Source of the DNA: Lama guanicoe
Lineage: Eukaryota
Direction: 5' to 3'
NCBI GenBank assembly: GCA_013239625.1
Contig: MU053881.1
Coordinates: forward strand, 13,158,879 to 13,222,878
Length of the DNA: 64,000 bases
In this document: piece after piece, positions 40,075 through 54,584 of the stretch
Position numbering within the stretch: the first letter of the stretch is position 1
Layout: each line of letters opens with the position of its first letter
The notes under the pieces: model-generated
What the model was told of the DNA's origin: nothing
Seen by the model: only the letters and a program-made list of their open reading frames with translations
Databases searched by the model: none
Position numbers and translations under genes: made by a program

Positions 40075-41899
40075 TATAGAGTGAAAGAAAGTCCAGAAAA
40101 CTCAAAACAGCCCTAACCTGGAGCTCTGGAGGCTCAGCTGCCTCACACACACACACACAAAAGTGAGGCTCAAGACTCTTCCTTGTCATGTAGGGTGAGG
40201 ACGGAAACGAAGGGGAAGACACGTAAGGCGCTCTCTGCCGGGTCTGGCAGACAGCACACACCCAATGCAAGCTAACTGTCTTTATTTTTTACTATTACAG
40301 TTGATGTCATTTTTTTTTTTCTAAACAAGAGGAAATGAACCAATTAAAAGAGAATCTTTATGACTGTACTAATCTCTATCACAAAGTGTATTCACAAAAT
40401 GCTATGATGATAAATGAGTGTAATGAATCCTCCCTGCACGTATTTAGTGGCGAGTGACTGACTTTCATCAAAGAGAAGAAAGTGTGATGTCAATTAGACC
40501 TGGAGTCAGAACACTCAAGATCTCATTTGGCTATCATATTTAGATATTACTTAGCATCATTTGATAACTTGATTTTAATCATGTCTGTTGAGAAAATTAA
40601 AGAAAAGAACCCTCCGTGTTCTTAGGAGAGTCATCCCCATTTCTTAGTCTGATCCCCTCAACCCGCCACCGTTTATAATGAACACAGAAAAACAGGGAGA
40701 TTATTTATTTGCCCAAGAAAAGCAGCCTGTTAGGATCAGACTAGAATCTTCTTTCTTTGCCTCATTTGCATTGTCCTGGATTACCTTCCTTGTGCCTCCT
40801 GCCCCAGTATCTCACAGTAACCGACTACACTTCCACTGGCGCAAGTCATACCACTTTGTTCACTGTTTAATTCCATGCTTGCAGTCTCCATGTAATGAGA
40901 GCAGAAACAGTTCCACGAAATTCTCTTATCAACTAACTAGTGATGTGCCAGTAGACAGAGTAACTCAGTAACTTCTGATCTTACATTTGGCAAACATACA
41001 CACACAAGCTTTAAGATTCTCTCAACTAGTATTTCATAAATTGATCTGGGGACAGTGGTTCTGGGCACTAGTATGCCTGAAATTCCAAGTCCTGTGGTTA
41101 AATAAACTACATACACAGCTGCCTGCTGCTGCTGCTTTATATCTTGCATCAGAATGCTAACTATTCTGAGAATTTTAATTGTGAAGAAGAAACATGCTGG
41201 CGTTTGTTAATGGATCAACAAGCAGCTAACTTGCAAGGAGCATGCAGGTGTCAGTATCCTTTATTGAGCAGCAATGGAAGTTTCTCATCTGTCTCTCTGA
41301 CTCAGCCCAGTGTCCTTACTGCTTGCTTGGTAAACACTATTTTAAAGTTATAATATAGCTATGCTATTCTATGTTAGGGTACATTATTCCATGTTATGTT
41401 ACGTTACAGTATGTTCTACTGGACTCTGTTCTATTCTATATAGACTCCTGTCCAGTTTCTTATTTCAGATTTGAATAGAAAGCTTTATAGAAGAGCAAAG
41501 TTACATTTATTGTTACACCTAATGCACTATTTCCTCTGAGAAACAATTTTGATTTGAAACAAACTATGACCTCTCCACACCATCAATATTCTAAGATGCA
41601 GCAGAGAGCTAGGTTTCATTTTGTAGTAGGGAGTACCTACCAAGGATCAATGATTGTTGAATCTTAAAATTACAGCATTTTACACACGTTAGTTTTACAC
41701 ATATAGTTTTATACATACATGTAATTTTCATAACAAATCATTAAAACTAATTATATTTATGTCACAAGAGAGAAAAAAAGATCTGAAAGATTCTCTCTCC
41801 CTTCCATTTCTTTTTTTGTTATTATTGGAATATTCCTTGCTATTTCCATGATACCACATTCCCTCTCTAATATGCTAATAAGATCAACAAAAAGCGTTA

Positions 41900-42064
<165 letters not shown>

Positions 42065-42789
42065 CTACCTGAGAAGTGATTCACTCACAACTAATTTGAT
42101 GCTAGTGACTAATTCAACCATATTTAAATAGCTGTTTGTTTTCAAATAAGTATCTCCTTGTAAGCACGGAAACGTAATAGCTCAGCAGAGCAGAGATTTG
42201 ATACTGATGATCTTTTTAAGACTATATAAAAATGACTAAGAAAACACTGATCAGATTTTCTTCATCCTTCTCTCAGATGTCCTCAATTTTATTATGTTTT
42301 CCTTCATGCTCTACAATCCATTCGGGTGCTATAACCTGACTTGGCCCATATGGAAAAAAATAACTACATAGCGACCTAGAAAACAATATGCATTAGAAAC
42401 ATGAAATAGGCATAAAAAGCAACAAGAATTATGAATTGTTTTTGAAACACTGCTCCCTGTTGATTCCTTTTATGACCACTTTATCCTCATCCATCTCCAG
42501 CCAACACAAAAATCAATCTTCCTCAAGGATTTAATGAATTCTGTGACTCATCAAATAATATGAGGAAACCATATGGAAACCCAATACATACCTATTTGTC
42601 AAAGAGGACTGGTATTAAAAGTCATGTAGTGTTACATCTATGACCTAATGAATGTGCTCCATTTTCATTTAACATTTAATGAACAAGGATTCATAATATT
42701 CTGGGCTTCAATTCAACAAGCACATTTCTCTCATCTTTATCCATTTTCCGTGAAGTGCCATGCTCTGATTCCCTCCGGTGGGTTGCATT

Positions 42790-43110
42790 CTCCACTCCTC
42801 CCTGTGTCTACACCTTGGCCTTCACATCCATGAGGCTGCATCTCTGCCCCTGAACTTTAAGACTGACCGTCTGACTTGCATTGGCTAATAATACATGGAC
42901 GAAAGTGACTATGCTAGTTCTAATTCTAAGCATCAAGCGTTGTGAGCTTCTATTTTCTCTCTTGCTCTTTGCTATTGTCACAAGAAGGACATCCTCAGCT
43001 AGTCTGCTGGTCCCAGGAGTGGAATGAGAGCACAGCTTTCCTAAATGAGGGTCCCTAACCCAGCTGAACTTAGATGAGATTTTGTGGTTGGTTGTTACAA
43101 AGCTATAGGT
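42790..43110 (+). mobile_element. MLT1-like LTR remnant
   Basis: tgacttgcattggctaat...gaaagtgactatgctagttct...ctagtctgctggtcccagga...gagattttgtggttggttgttaca. Confidence 0.65.
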
Positions 43111-43145
43111 AAGCAGCATGTCTTTTCTTTACTATGATTTACTTG

Positions 43146-43381
43146 GTTTTTTTTAATCTTAAAAAAAATTTTTTTTGTTGGAGGGTGGGTAATTAGGTTT
43201 TTATTTATTTACTTCTTTTTAATGGAAGTACTGGGGATTGAACCCAGGACCTCATGCATGCTAGGCATGGGTTCTACCACTGAACTACAGTGTCCCACCT
43301 TATTTTATTTTGTTGGGGATGGCTAATGAGGTTTTTGTTTATTTGCTTTTTTAAAGGGAAGAACTGGGGATTGAATCCTGG
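43146..43381 (-). mobile_element. Tandem Vic-1-like tRNA-derived SINE: full monomer (about 43146-43299) plus 5'-truncated monomer (about 43300-43381)
   Basis: Reverse complement tagttcagtggtaga (A box)...gaggtcctgggttcaatccccagtacttcc (B box)...aataaataaaacctaattacc. One 11-bp TSD tgatttacttg at 43135-43145 and 43382-43392. Confidence 0.88.
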
Positions 43382-43690
43382 TGATTTACTTGTTTCTAAT
43401 GTTGCTTCATAAAGAAGTTTAGACTATTTCCTTCTATAGTCTTTGTCTGTGATGTCTAGGAAAATTTAAATTTCTAGCTCTGAAGCTCACTTGAACATCA
43501 CCTTTCTTCATTTTGAACTTAATGTCCCTTCTACTCCAAAGCCTAAATGCTATTTACACCTTCTTTATTTTAACAACATACAGTGGGAAGTGTTATTTAC
43601 ACCCTTCTGGTTGTTGAAATGTGCTGGTGTTTCCTTCTGACGTGGCAGCCATGTTTGTCTCGGCGTAACCCACGTCACAAAAGGCCTTCA

Positions 43691-43963
<273 letters not shown>

Positions 43964-46090
43964 TCAAAATTCTCAGCTGAGGGTTAGTCTAGCTAATTAA
44001 ATTTGACTGAGGTACATTAAAATCTATTAAAATATACTCTTCAGTTTTCCAGAATGCTCTGTCCTCCCATCTATAAATACACATGTTTTATCAGTTATTT
44101 TCGGCTTTTCGGTAGTTGGTGTTCTTCCTGGCCACCTGCCCAACTTCACAAAAGACTCAATAAAAAAAAAAAAGTCCTATTTTTGGGAAAGCCACGCTTA
44201 AATGATCGTAATCCAGTCTAGGAGTTCAGGCATAACGTCTATTTCTTCCTCCTTTGAGAAGTCAACTTGCTCCAACCTATTAATGAAAGTAAGACACTGG
44301 TAATTAGATTCACTCCCACAAACCGACAGAGAAGTCTCTCTCCCCTCAATTGAACTACTAAGGAGGGCTCAGTCTTGCTGCCATTCCTTCCTCCAGGGTG
44401 TGTGTATGTGTATTTTTCCCCCCTCACTTGTGCTGAAAGGCAAAGGCGGTTCATTTATCTTTGATTGTTAAGAACCCGGTACTCTGAAGAAAGACGTAGC
44501 TGCAGACTTTAAACCACTCTTTCTTATAGCAAAAGTGCCCAAGCTGGAAACTCATACTAATCTAATGTTGTACAGTCATAGAAGCAAAGTTACCTATTTT
44601 GAATGATGAAAAAGCAACAGAACATTCTGTGCCAGTTTTCTATGCCAAAACCTGTCAAAAATCCCCACAACTGGACCAGAAGTTAAGGCTGATTTTGGCA
44701 GGATATTAGAATTTCCTACAGTTTGCCCCTTCCCTGCCCAAAGTTTCATATCCCTCCCGCAGATCCCTCCCATACACAGAAGGATTCTGTTTTCCAGATC
44801 TAGGGGCAATACAAAACCTGGCAAAAACTGCCATTTTCATTTTTATCACTACTCAGTAAATATTGTTTACTTTTGCTGTTTATGGTGAAATAAATAATTA
44901 CAAACTTGAAATATAAACGTCTCATCACCATCCTCATCTTCAGTTTATTTTCTCAGATACAGTAAAAGTGAATCTTGTCAGAAATCAAATCAGTGCCTCC
45001 TATCAGTGCCCTGAATAGATATATGTATTCTCAAACCATATTTATCACCTTTCTTCAATTATACTCAATGATACTCATTCATCAAGATAGATATATATGC
45101 ATATATGTGTATACATGTGTATGTATAGGTAAGTAGACTGTTGAGTAAATATCATAAAAGAAAGCTGATTATGTGATTGTGATTAATCTGGTTTGAGAAA
45201 GAGGATGGGAGATGAAGTTTTAAAAGTAATCACTGGCACGGATCAACTTAGTAAGCAAGTAATCTTTTTATTCCTTTAAAGCTTTAGAAATAGGAAACAT
45301 AGAGCCTGAGCCACACATTTTCAGAAAACCTAGCATAGCCAGTCTTACATCTTGCACTTAAGTTAGCAAGAGACCTTAAAATTTTTTTTTTTTGAATTTC
45401 ATAGAGCACCCATAGAAGGTTTGTACAGTAGGATGGCCAAAGCTGCAACCAGCTCTGAGAGAGAAATACCTCAATGCAGGCAGAGACTAGATCTCAGCTA
45501 GGAAAATTCTTTTTAAGCCTCAATTCCTCATTTCTCTAGAGCACTGATGAACTCTGCCTAATAGAATTCTAATCCTATGACCTAAATCTTACTTGTTTAA
45601 GAAAATAGAAGTTCTGTGACAAAGAAATTTTCAAATCTCTCCAATAACTCATTGAGAAAAGAATGTAGCTGACCCACTGGGTTTCATCATAATATTTTAT
45701 CACTGTTTAAACTGTTCATGCAAAGTGTCTTCAAAAAAGCTCAACCTCTTCCTTGCTCTCCCCGCCTCTCTCACCACTGCCTCTCTTCCTCCCTCCCTCC
45801 CTTCCTCAGACAAGTGCACCCTATTACAGTTTCTTTAAGGAAAGGGAATATTTAAATCATTGTTCATATCACCTCCCTATACTAACAAATAATTCAAGCA
45901 CGATGGTGCCTTATTATCATTGTTACTGTTTTCGGGCAGACTATGAAAAAAATACATTAATTGAAAAGATAAAAGATGCTTCTTAGCATTAGTACTACTT
46001 TCCAGAATTGCCCCAATAATTCTCTAAGTCATCAGCTATTAGAAGCCAAAACAACAATCAAATAGATTTCACATAACAAGGTCAGTGACA

Positions 46091-48847
46091 AGCAAAGTTC
46101 ACCGCAATACAGGCCTTCCTCAAAGACCAAGAAAAATCTCAAACAACTTAACTTGCCAACTTAAAGAATTAGAGAATAAACAAAAACTAAAATCAGCAGA
46201 ACAAAAGAAATAATAAGATTGAAGGGGAAATAAATAAAATAAGAGATTTTAAAAAAGAAGAAGAAAGAAAGAAATCAGTCAAACCAAGAGCTGGTTTCTT
46301 GAAAGAGTAACCAAAATCACAAACCTCTGGCGACGCTCGCCAAGAAGAAAAGAGAGAGGATGCAAATAAAATAAGAAAGGGAAAAGGAGAAGTGATAACC
46401 AATACTACAAAAATACAAAAAACAATAGAACACTATAAACAACTTTATGTCAAAAAATTGGACAACCTAGATGAAATGGACACATTTCTAGAAACATAGT
46501 CTACCAAAACTAAATCAAGAAGAAACAGATAATATGAACATACCAATCACTAGAAGTGAAATAGAATCTGTAATAATAGTAGTAACAACAACAACAATTC
46601 CCTGCAAACAAAAGTTCAGGACCAGAGGGCTTCACTGGGAAATTCCATCAAACATGCAAAGAACTTATACCAATCCTTTTCAAACTCTTCCAAAAGACTG
46701 AAGAGAGGGGAACACTCCCAAACTCATTCTATGAAGCCACCCTCACTCTGATACCAAGACAAGACAAAGACACTACCAAAAAAGAAAATTACAGGCCAGT
46801 ATCTCTGATGAATATAGATGCAAAAATTCCCAACAAAATATTAGCAAACAGAATCCAACAACACATAAGGATCATACACCATGATCAAGTCAATTCACCC
46901 CAGGGTCACAAGGCTGGTTCAACATATGGAAATCAACCAGTGTGATGCACCACATCAACAAGAGGAAGGACAAAAAAAAATTCCTCTCAACAGATGCAGA
47001 AAAAGTGCCTGATAACATTCAACACCCATTTATGATAAAACCTCTTACCAAAGTGGGTACAGAGGGGACATATCTCAACTTTATAAAAACTATAAATGAC
47101 AAACCCACAGCCAACATAGTGCTCAGTGGTGAAAAGCTAAGCCTTCCCATTAAAATCTGGAACAAGACAGGGATGTTCACTCTGACTCCTTCTCAGCATA
47201 GTATTGCAAGTCCTTGCCACAGCAATCATACAAGAAATAAAAGGGACCCAAATTGCAAGAGAAGAGGTAAAACTGTCACTATATGAGGATGCATGATAGA
47301 ATATATAGAAAACCCTAAAGACTATACACAAAAAATACTAGAGCTGGTAAACAAATTAAGCAAGGTGGCAGGATACAAGAGTAACATACAAAAATCTGTT
47401 GCATTTCTTTACACTAACAATGAAATTTCAGAAAGAAAAAGTAAAAAAAAAAAATTTTTAAATTGCATCAAAAAAATTAAATACTTAGGAATAAACCTGA
47501 CCAAGATGGTAAACGACTTATATGCTGAGAACTACAAAACATTGATAAAGGAAATTACACGTGAGTTAAAGAAATAGAATGATATCCCAGCTCATGGATT
47601 GGAAGAATTAATATTGATAAAATAACCACACTACTCAAAGCAATCTACAGATTTAATGCAATCCCTATCAAACCAGCCAGGACATTTTTCACAGAACTAG
47701 AACAAATTATCCTCAAATTTATATGGAATCACAAAAGACCCAGAATCGCCAAAGCAATACTGAAGAAAAAGAACAAAGCTGGAGTCATAACCCTCCCAGA
47801 CTTCAGACAATACTACAGAGCTATAGTAATCAAAACAGCATGGTATTGGCACAAAAATAGACACATGGATCAATGGAACAGAACAGAGAGCCCAGAAATA
47901 AACCCACACCCCCAGGGTCAATTGATCTTTGACAAAGGACATAAGAATATACAATGGAGAAAATAGAGTCTCTTCAGCAAATGATGTTGGGAAAGCTGGA
48001 CAGCTGCATGTAAATCAATGAAGTTAGAACACTCCCTCACTCCATATACAAAAATAAACTCAAAATGGCTTAAAGACTTAAACATAAGACAGGACACCAT
48101 CAATCTCCTAGAAGCAAACATAGGCAAACTATTCTCTGACATGAATTGTAGCAATGTTTTCCTAGATCAGTCTACTAAGGCAATAGAAATAAAAGCAAAA
48201 ATAAACAAATGGGACTTAATTAAACTTAGAAGCTTTTGCACAACAAAGGAAATCATAAACAAAACAAAAAGAAAACCTACGAACTAGCAGAAAATATTTG
48301 CAAAAGATGCAACTGACAGAAGCTTAACTTCCAGAATATACAAATAGGTCATACAAGTCAAAAACAAAAAAAACTAAACACCCCAACTAAAAATGGGCAG
48401 AAGACCTAAACAGACATTTCTCCAAAGAAGATATACAGATAGCCAACAGGGACATGAAAAAATGCTCAATATTGCTAATTATCAAAGAAATGCAAACCAA
48501 AACCACAGTAAGGCATCACCTCACACCAGTCAGAATGGCAATTGTTAAAAAGTTCACAAATGATAAATGCTGGAGACGGTGTGGAGAAAAGGGAACCCTC
48601 CTACACTGTCGGTTGGAACGTAGTTTGGTGTAGCCATTATGGAAAACAGTATGGGGATTCCTTAAAAAAACCAAAAGTAGACTTATCATATGATCTAGCA
48701 ATCCCACTCTTGGGCATATATCCAGAGGAAACTCTAATTCAAAAAGATACATACACCCCAATGTTCATAGCAACACTATATATAATAGCCAAGACATGGA
48801 AACAACCTAAATGTCCATTGAAAGATGAATGGATAAAGATGTTGAGT

Positions 48848-48885
<38 letters not shown>

Positions 48886-49320
48886 GAATACTACTTAGCC
48901 ATAAAGAATGAAATAATGCCATTTGTAGCAACATGGATGGACCTAGAGATTATCATATTAAGTGACATTAAGCCGTGAAGAGAAAGACAAATATCACAGG
49001 ATATCATTTATATATGGAATCTAAATAAATCATAAAAATGAACTTATTTATAAAACAGAAACAGACTCACAGACTTAGAAAACAAACTTATGGTTGCCAA
49101 AGGGGCATGGGGGGAATAAATTAGGAGTTTGGGATTAGCAGATACACACTACTATATATAAAATAAGGTCCTACTGTATAGCACAGGGAACTATATTTAG
49201 TATCCTGCAATAACCTATAGTGAAAAATATATAAAAACACATATGTATAACTGAATCACTATGCTGTACACAGGAAATTAGCACAACATTATAAATTAAA
49301 TATATTTCAATTAAAACAAA
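46091..49320 (+). mobile_element. 5'-truncated L1 of about 3.2 kb (ORF2 with frameshifts and stops, plus 3'UTR)
   Basis: ORF2 peptides such as [45 protein letters not shown]. Imperfect TSD aacaaggtcagtgaca (46075-46090) / aacaaaagtgtcagggaca (about 49315-49333). Confidence 0.97.
48850..48883. repeat. (CA)n microsatellite inside the L1
   Basis: About 17 AC units immediately before tggaatactac. Confidence 0.95.
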
Positions 49321-50280
49321 AGTGTCAGGGACAGATTTGGTCATACCTCAAGAAGCGTACTTAGCCATAAAGAGGTAAAATAGAGCAGAAAAATTAAGAG
49401 AATATTCTTTGTAGTTAGGAAGTATCAGATTTGCCTTCTGGATTCCTGTCTTGCCCAACACTATTTTTATGACCTTGGGCTTGTTATTTAACCTTGATAA
49501 AGTTCACAGTGTTCTCATGTTTAAAATAGAGTTAATACTAGTTTTCACATCACATTTTTGTGCAAGGTTAACATAATGTTTATTCAGTGCTTAGCATGGT
49601 GCCTGACACACAGCCCTGAAAGCAGACTGGTAATAGTTTCCAACCTCACAACCAAAACCTGAATCGACAGGGAGCTGCTTCCAGACTTTGATCTAATATA
49701 GGCCGAGAAGAACTAAAAACAGATGTTATCCAGGAAGAAAAATAATGAACCCCTACCTTATAAATAAATGAAGTTTTCATTCTCTAGAGTGTTTGCAGCT
49801 GAGGTCTAAATTAACGGGGCTGATGCATCTTCTGGGATTGTTTCCAGATTTGTTAAAAAAAAAAAAAAGCAAAGAAAAAAGAAACACTCTCATTCAAAAT
49901 TGGCTGTTTCTGTAGAATTCTTTGGAGTCAAGACCTCCTTGCTTATAGGTGGACTATCTAGGAATAATTAAGTCTGACCACTCAGTAAGGCATTCTGTAG
50001 AACTGTGAGCTCCATGAGAACGCTTGGGCAGAAACAGACTGATGATTCAAGGAAATTGACTTAACAGTTGAGTGGGCTGAGAGCAATCATAAACTTGAAC
50101 TTCTAGCTAAAGGCACATATCTAAATGTAATGGCCTTTAGAAGTGATTATTCCTTCTTGTGCCCTTTAATAGACTAAACACAATCTTTAAAAGGTAAGGG
50201 ACTGAAGTTAACATTACTCTTATATTAACATAATGAAAACCTTGTTTTGTTTTTTTTTTTGGATAATTTCTGAAAGTGAT

Positions 50281-50346
50281 AATTTCCAAAAGACAGTGCC
50301 AGGAAAGGCTATAAATTTCTGAAAGACAGTGCCAGAAAAGGCTGTA
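50281..50346. repeat. 33-bp tandem duplication (2 copies)
   Basis: aatttccaaaagacagtgccaggaaaggctata / aatttctgaaagacagtgccagaaaaggctgta. Confidence 0.9.
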
Positions 50347-50394
50347 AAGTTTTCACTTCAAAAGCTTTCAAAAAATTGTTAGAAAGCCATCTGA

Positions 50395-50552
50395 CCCAGG
50401 GCCTTGGGCCAGCAGCATGAGAATTTCCTGGCAGTTTCTAGAAATGTACAACCCTGGGTATCACCCAGAGTCCTGAATCAGAATCTTTTCTTTTTCTTTT
50501 AGCAAGATCTTCAAGTGACTCATATGCATATTACAATTTGAGAATCTCAGTC
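50395..50552. mobile_element. MER5A-like DNA transposon
   Basis: ggccagcagcatgagaatttcctgg...agaaatgtacaa...ctgaatcagaatct...tgactcatatgcatattacaatttgagaa. Confidence 0.75.
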
Positions 50553-52629
50553 ACAGTGTTTAAGCAAGGCGCGCTTCCTCGTTTGTGCGCACGCGCACGC
50601 TCGCACTGAAACATGGGCTCTTAAAAAACAAACCACACAGGTTCCCAGGTTCCTACTTTAGCTCTCCTGACTCTGAGTCTCCATGTTAAATTAGATTATT
50701 CATTTTTATTTTCATCTTTATACAGTTTTATGCATGATTTAAATTTATGCATGATTACAAATATGTAATAAGTTCATGTTTATGATGAGAAACAAAAATC
50801 CATTTTGTTTAGGAAAAAAGTGGCTTTTAAAAACAAATACTGAATTTGAAAAAAAATGAATAGATGTTCGATGAGAGATTGTTCTCGATTAGACAGAAGA
50901 TTTAAAATATTTGAATTTTGGTACTTATTTTGGATATTTGCCACTGTGAAGACTAATCATGCAGTTTATGCAAGTTTAGATTTATATCCAGGTATTTCAG
51001 ATCTCCATAGATTCAATACAGTTCTAAGTTTTGTGGGAAGGAAAAATCTAGTCGTTGTATGCTCCCCAAGTTATAGAACAGCAAACATTTGGGTGAGAAA
51101 TAATAAAAACATTTGTCTTTTCATTTGGGTATCTTCAAATCCACTGGTGTTTAGCATCATAAACAAAGAATATATATTTTCCTTTGCCTACAATCTTTTC
51201 TTCTCTCCACTTCCCAAACCAATATCGGGCATGGCTTATTCCTTCTTACCTTTCAATTTCCAACACAAAAATCACCTTCCTCATAGAGGTCAGTCTTTCC
51301 TTACTGTTGAGTCTATCTCTGTCACCCACCGCATCCTTTATATGTTCTAGCCAGTCCCTTGACTGCGCCACAGCATTGTTGCAATGTGTGTTGACTGACT
51401 TACTGTCTGTTTCCATTACTAGACTATAAACTCCATGAATGCATGGAATTTATAATTAAAATTGGTGGAAGGAATCTTTTATCCCCCACTCACTAGTTTT
51501 CCTAAGATAAATTTTAACACCAACAATGGCTACCAGTAAGAGTTTACTATGTTGTAGGGATAACCTTAAAGACTTCATATACCTTCTCCCACTTCATCTT
51601 CAAAACACTGATATTCCTATCACTCTCTCCATCTTACAAATGAAGAAAAACAATGATATTTACCAACAGGCGTAGCTGGCCAAAACCAAAATGGTTTAAG
51701 CATTATGCTGCAAGGCTTTAAAAAAAGGAATGGAGACCCAAGAATCTGCTACGGAACATTCATCAAAAAAATAATAAGATCATCTAAAACAAATGGTTGC
51801 TCCAACTCATTTTCCCTTAGGACATTAAATCAGTTTATGCCTGAGATCAATAAAAGTATGGCACCTCAGCACGAAGTTAATAACGTTCGAATTTCATAAG
51901 CTTGTCACTGCAGATACCAGCGATTTGATCTCCCCACGCTGAGGAATGACAGCAGAGCTCCTAACTTCACTTACGGGATGTGATCAGCTGCCTCACTGAG
52001 ACCCTTTCTTCCATGGCTTGGAAAGCAGTGCACGCTGCAAGGCTGAGGCATCAGCTAGTTTGTTTCAAAGGATGTCCTCCAGCCGCTGCAGAAGATGGCT
52101 TTGGTAGAAACTAGAGGAGCAGGTACGGTAGGCGAGTGCATCTATCCTCAGAGGGCACAGGGGACGTAGAATCTGACCCTCGGAGGACACTTCACTCTGT
52201 GCTGTCCAGGAGGACTGGGAATTCTTCAGAAACATTGTGGTTCACTGGACAGGAACACTGGGGCACACGCTGCTCTTTCGTATGGAGCCCTTAGGGTCCC
52301 ATGGGATGCTGCACCTCCCAGGGGGGACAGGTAGGAGACCTGTGCAGAACCTGTGGGGACAGGTGCTCCATGCATAGCAATGTGCCTGTGCACAGAGGGT
52401 GGGGTCAATCCTCAGTGGAGATTCTGTGTGAATCGTTCTATTTACTATGATCCCCCTTAGCTCGTAAGTTCAGTTTTGTGATAACCAGGGCAACAGCTGC
52501 TGGTAAGTGTGTCTGTCTGTCTGAGTCACTTATCAGATGTATATATTCCAATTATGAAAAATGCAAACTGTTTATTAGCAATCTCCAATGACCCATATCA
52601 AATAAATGCCTGTGGGGGTTGTACTAGCT

Positions 52630-53130
52630 AAGATGAATTTTACTGCAAGTATCAGAACATTCAAACTAAACTGGGAGGGACTGTCATATATAATTGTAAA
52701 GCCTGATGTAGGATGAGCTTCAGGGCGCTTTGATTTGGCTTCTCAACTGTGTATTTAAATACTTAGATTTTTCTCTCTCGCCCTTCTATCCTCCATGGTA
52801 TCAACTTCAACCCAAAGATGGTTTAACTGTATGGTCACAAGATGCTAACAATTCCTTACCTCTGTGCTTTCGGACTTATAGCCACGAAGCAAAGGTAAAC
52901 TCTTTCAGATGTTTACTTGTCTTAAAAGTCCCAGGAAATCTCACTTTGTGCATCACTAGCCTGAATACATATGAATTCACACATATGACACCAAATCTAT
53001 AGCTGGAGGATGGAAGTCTGTTCATATCTTAGTGTAATTATACATCCTACCACTGGTATCAAAGATGAAGTCAGCATTCCCAAAATCATGTGGCCCTCAC
53101 AGACCCCAAATAAAAACTGGGATATTTATT
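52630..53130. mobile_element. MLT1-like LTR remnant
   Basis: tttactgcaagtatcagaac...gagcttcagggcgctttgat...aaagtcccaggaaa...catcctaccactgg. Confidence 0.5.
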
Positions 53131-53349
53131 TAAGATAAGGAGGGAAATACGCAGAAGACAAGCACAGCATCACTAGGAAGAGAGGGTGTAAACGGGAAAA
53201 AACATCAAAGTCAGGTCATGTTCTAGGATGCTCACCAAAGTCCGTTTTCCCTGGGTTAGCCGTCTCTGCAGTTTGTTGTTGTTGTTTGTTTGAACTCACT
53301 CTTAAACAAAAAGGGGACAGTGTGGAGTAGTTAGGACTCACACAGTTTT

Positions 53350-53955
53350 GGAAGGAAAACATTTTGGCATTACCTGCTAAACGTGAGTACCTCTGTATCC
53401 TGTAACCCAGAAAGTCCAAGCCTAGATTTGTTCCACCAAAAAAATGCATGCACAGGTCTACTCCAAGACATGCACAAGAATGCTCACAGTTGCATTTTTG
53501 GTAATAGACATTTATATAACTTGACACAGAATGAATAAATAAAATATGGCATATTTATATAATGAAATATTATACAATAATACAAATTAGTGAACTACTG
53601 CTATGTGCAGCAAAATAAATCTGAAAAATAAAAATTTGAGCAAAAGATGTACACACATGCCCAATACATGCACACACATATGGTATGTTTCTGTTTGTAC
53701 AAAATTTAGTAAGAGGCAAAATTCAACTCAATAGAGATCAAAGCCAGCACAATGATTACTTTGAGGGAAGAGAAAGAAGACAGAGATTGTGAGGGGGGTG
53801 AAGATGTTTCCTGGGTGCTGGCAATATTTTCTTTCCAAAAAGTGGTGGTTACGTGGGTTTTCATTTCAATTAGTGATGATCCAATGATCCATATTTATGT
53901 CTTACGTACTTTTTACACATTTCATTTTACAATAACAACAACAAAAAAGTGTTTA
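53350..53955 (+). mobile_element. Old L1 (L1ME/L1MC-like) 3' fragment
   Basis: ttttggcattacctgctaaa...aagacatgcacaagaatgctcacag...aatgaataaataaaatatggcatatttatataatgaaatattatac. Confidence 0.75.
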
Positions 53956-54584
53956 AAAGTTTAGCTTAAGCTTGAGCATTAAAAGTAGAATGAAAGGCCC
54001 CTAAATGCAAGAAATACGTCTTCAACAGATATTCCAAAACTTTGCAAGCGCCTAGCACTTGACAAGCCATCCAGTGAAAGCTTTCCACACTATTGAAAAA
54101 ATCAGTGAGAGTATAGATTATTTTTAAAGGGTCAATGTTTGTGAAAATGTACTTGGTAAAACTCATTCTTTTTATAAATGTGCATATGTAACAGTTTCAG
54201 CTAACGTTAAAGTAAGCTGCCTGTAAAACATGCCATCACTCTCTTCATTAAATGTCTACTGCCTGCATGTGAAAACTCAAGCAACATATACAGAAAATAT
54301 TTGGACAGGTTAAAAAGGAAACAAGGCCAAGGTTAACTAACCCAAGAAAGCAACCCTAAAGTCACGTTAACTCTCCATGGCTGTCAGGGAGAACAGAAAT
54401 AAAAGTGCTGATGCTAAATTGTGGTAAGAAGGACACGCCAATGGACACAGGAATTCTTCCTTTGTAAATAACAATGATTTTTGGTAATGATAATGGTTAT
54501 CATAATGGCACATTCCAAATTTATTTAGTTATAAAGCACTTTCATGTGATAATTTACAAAGCGAGAAAAAAAAATCACAGTCTC

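Noticed and set aside
43225..43299. tRNA-like A and B boxes
   Set aside because: Part of a SINE with A-rich tail and TSD, not a tRNA gene.
50569..50606. Alternating purine-pyrimidine tract (gtgcgcacgcgcacgc), possible Z-DNA
   Set aside because: Short and interrupted; most simply a decayed microsatellite.
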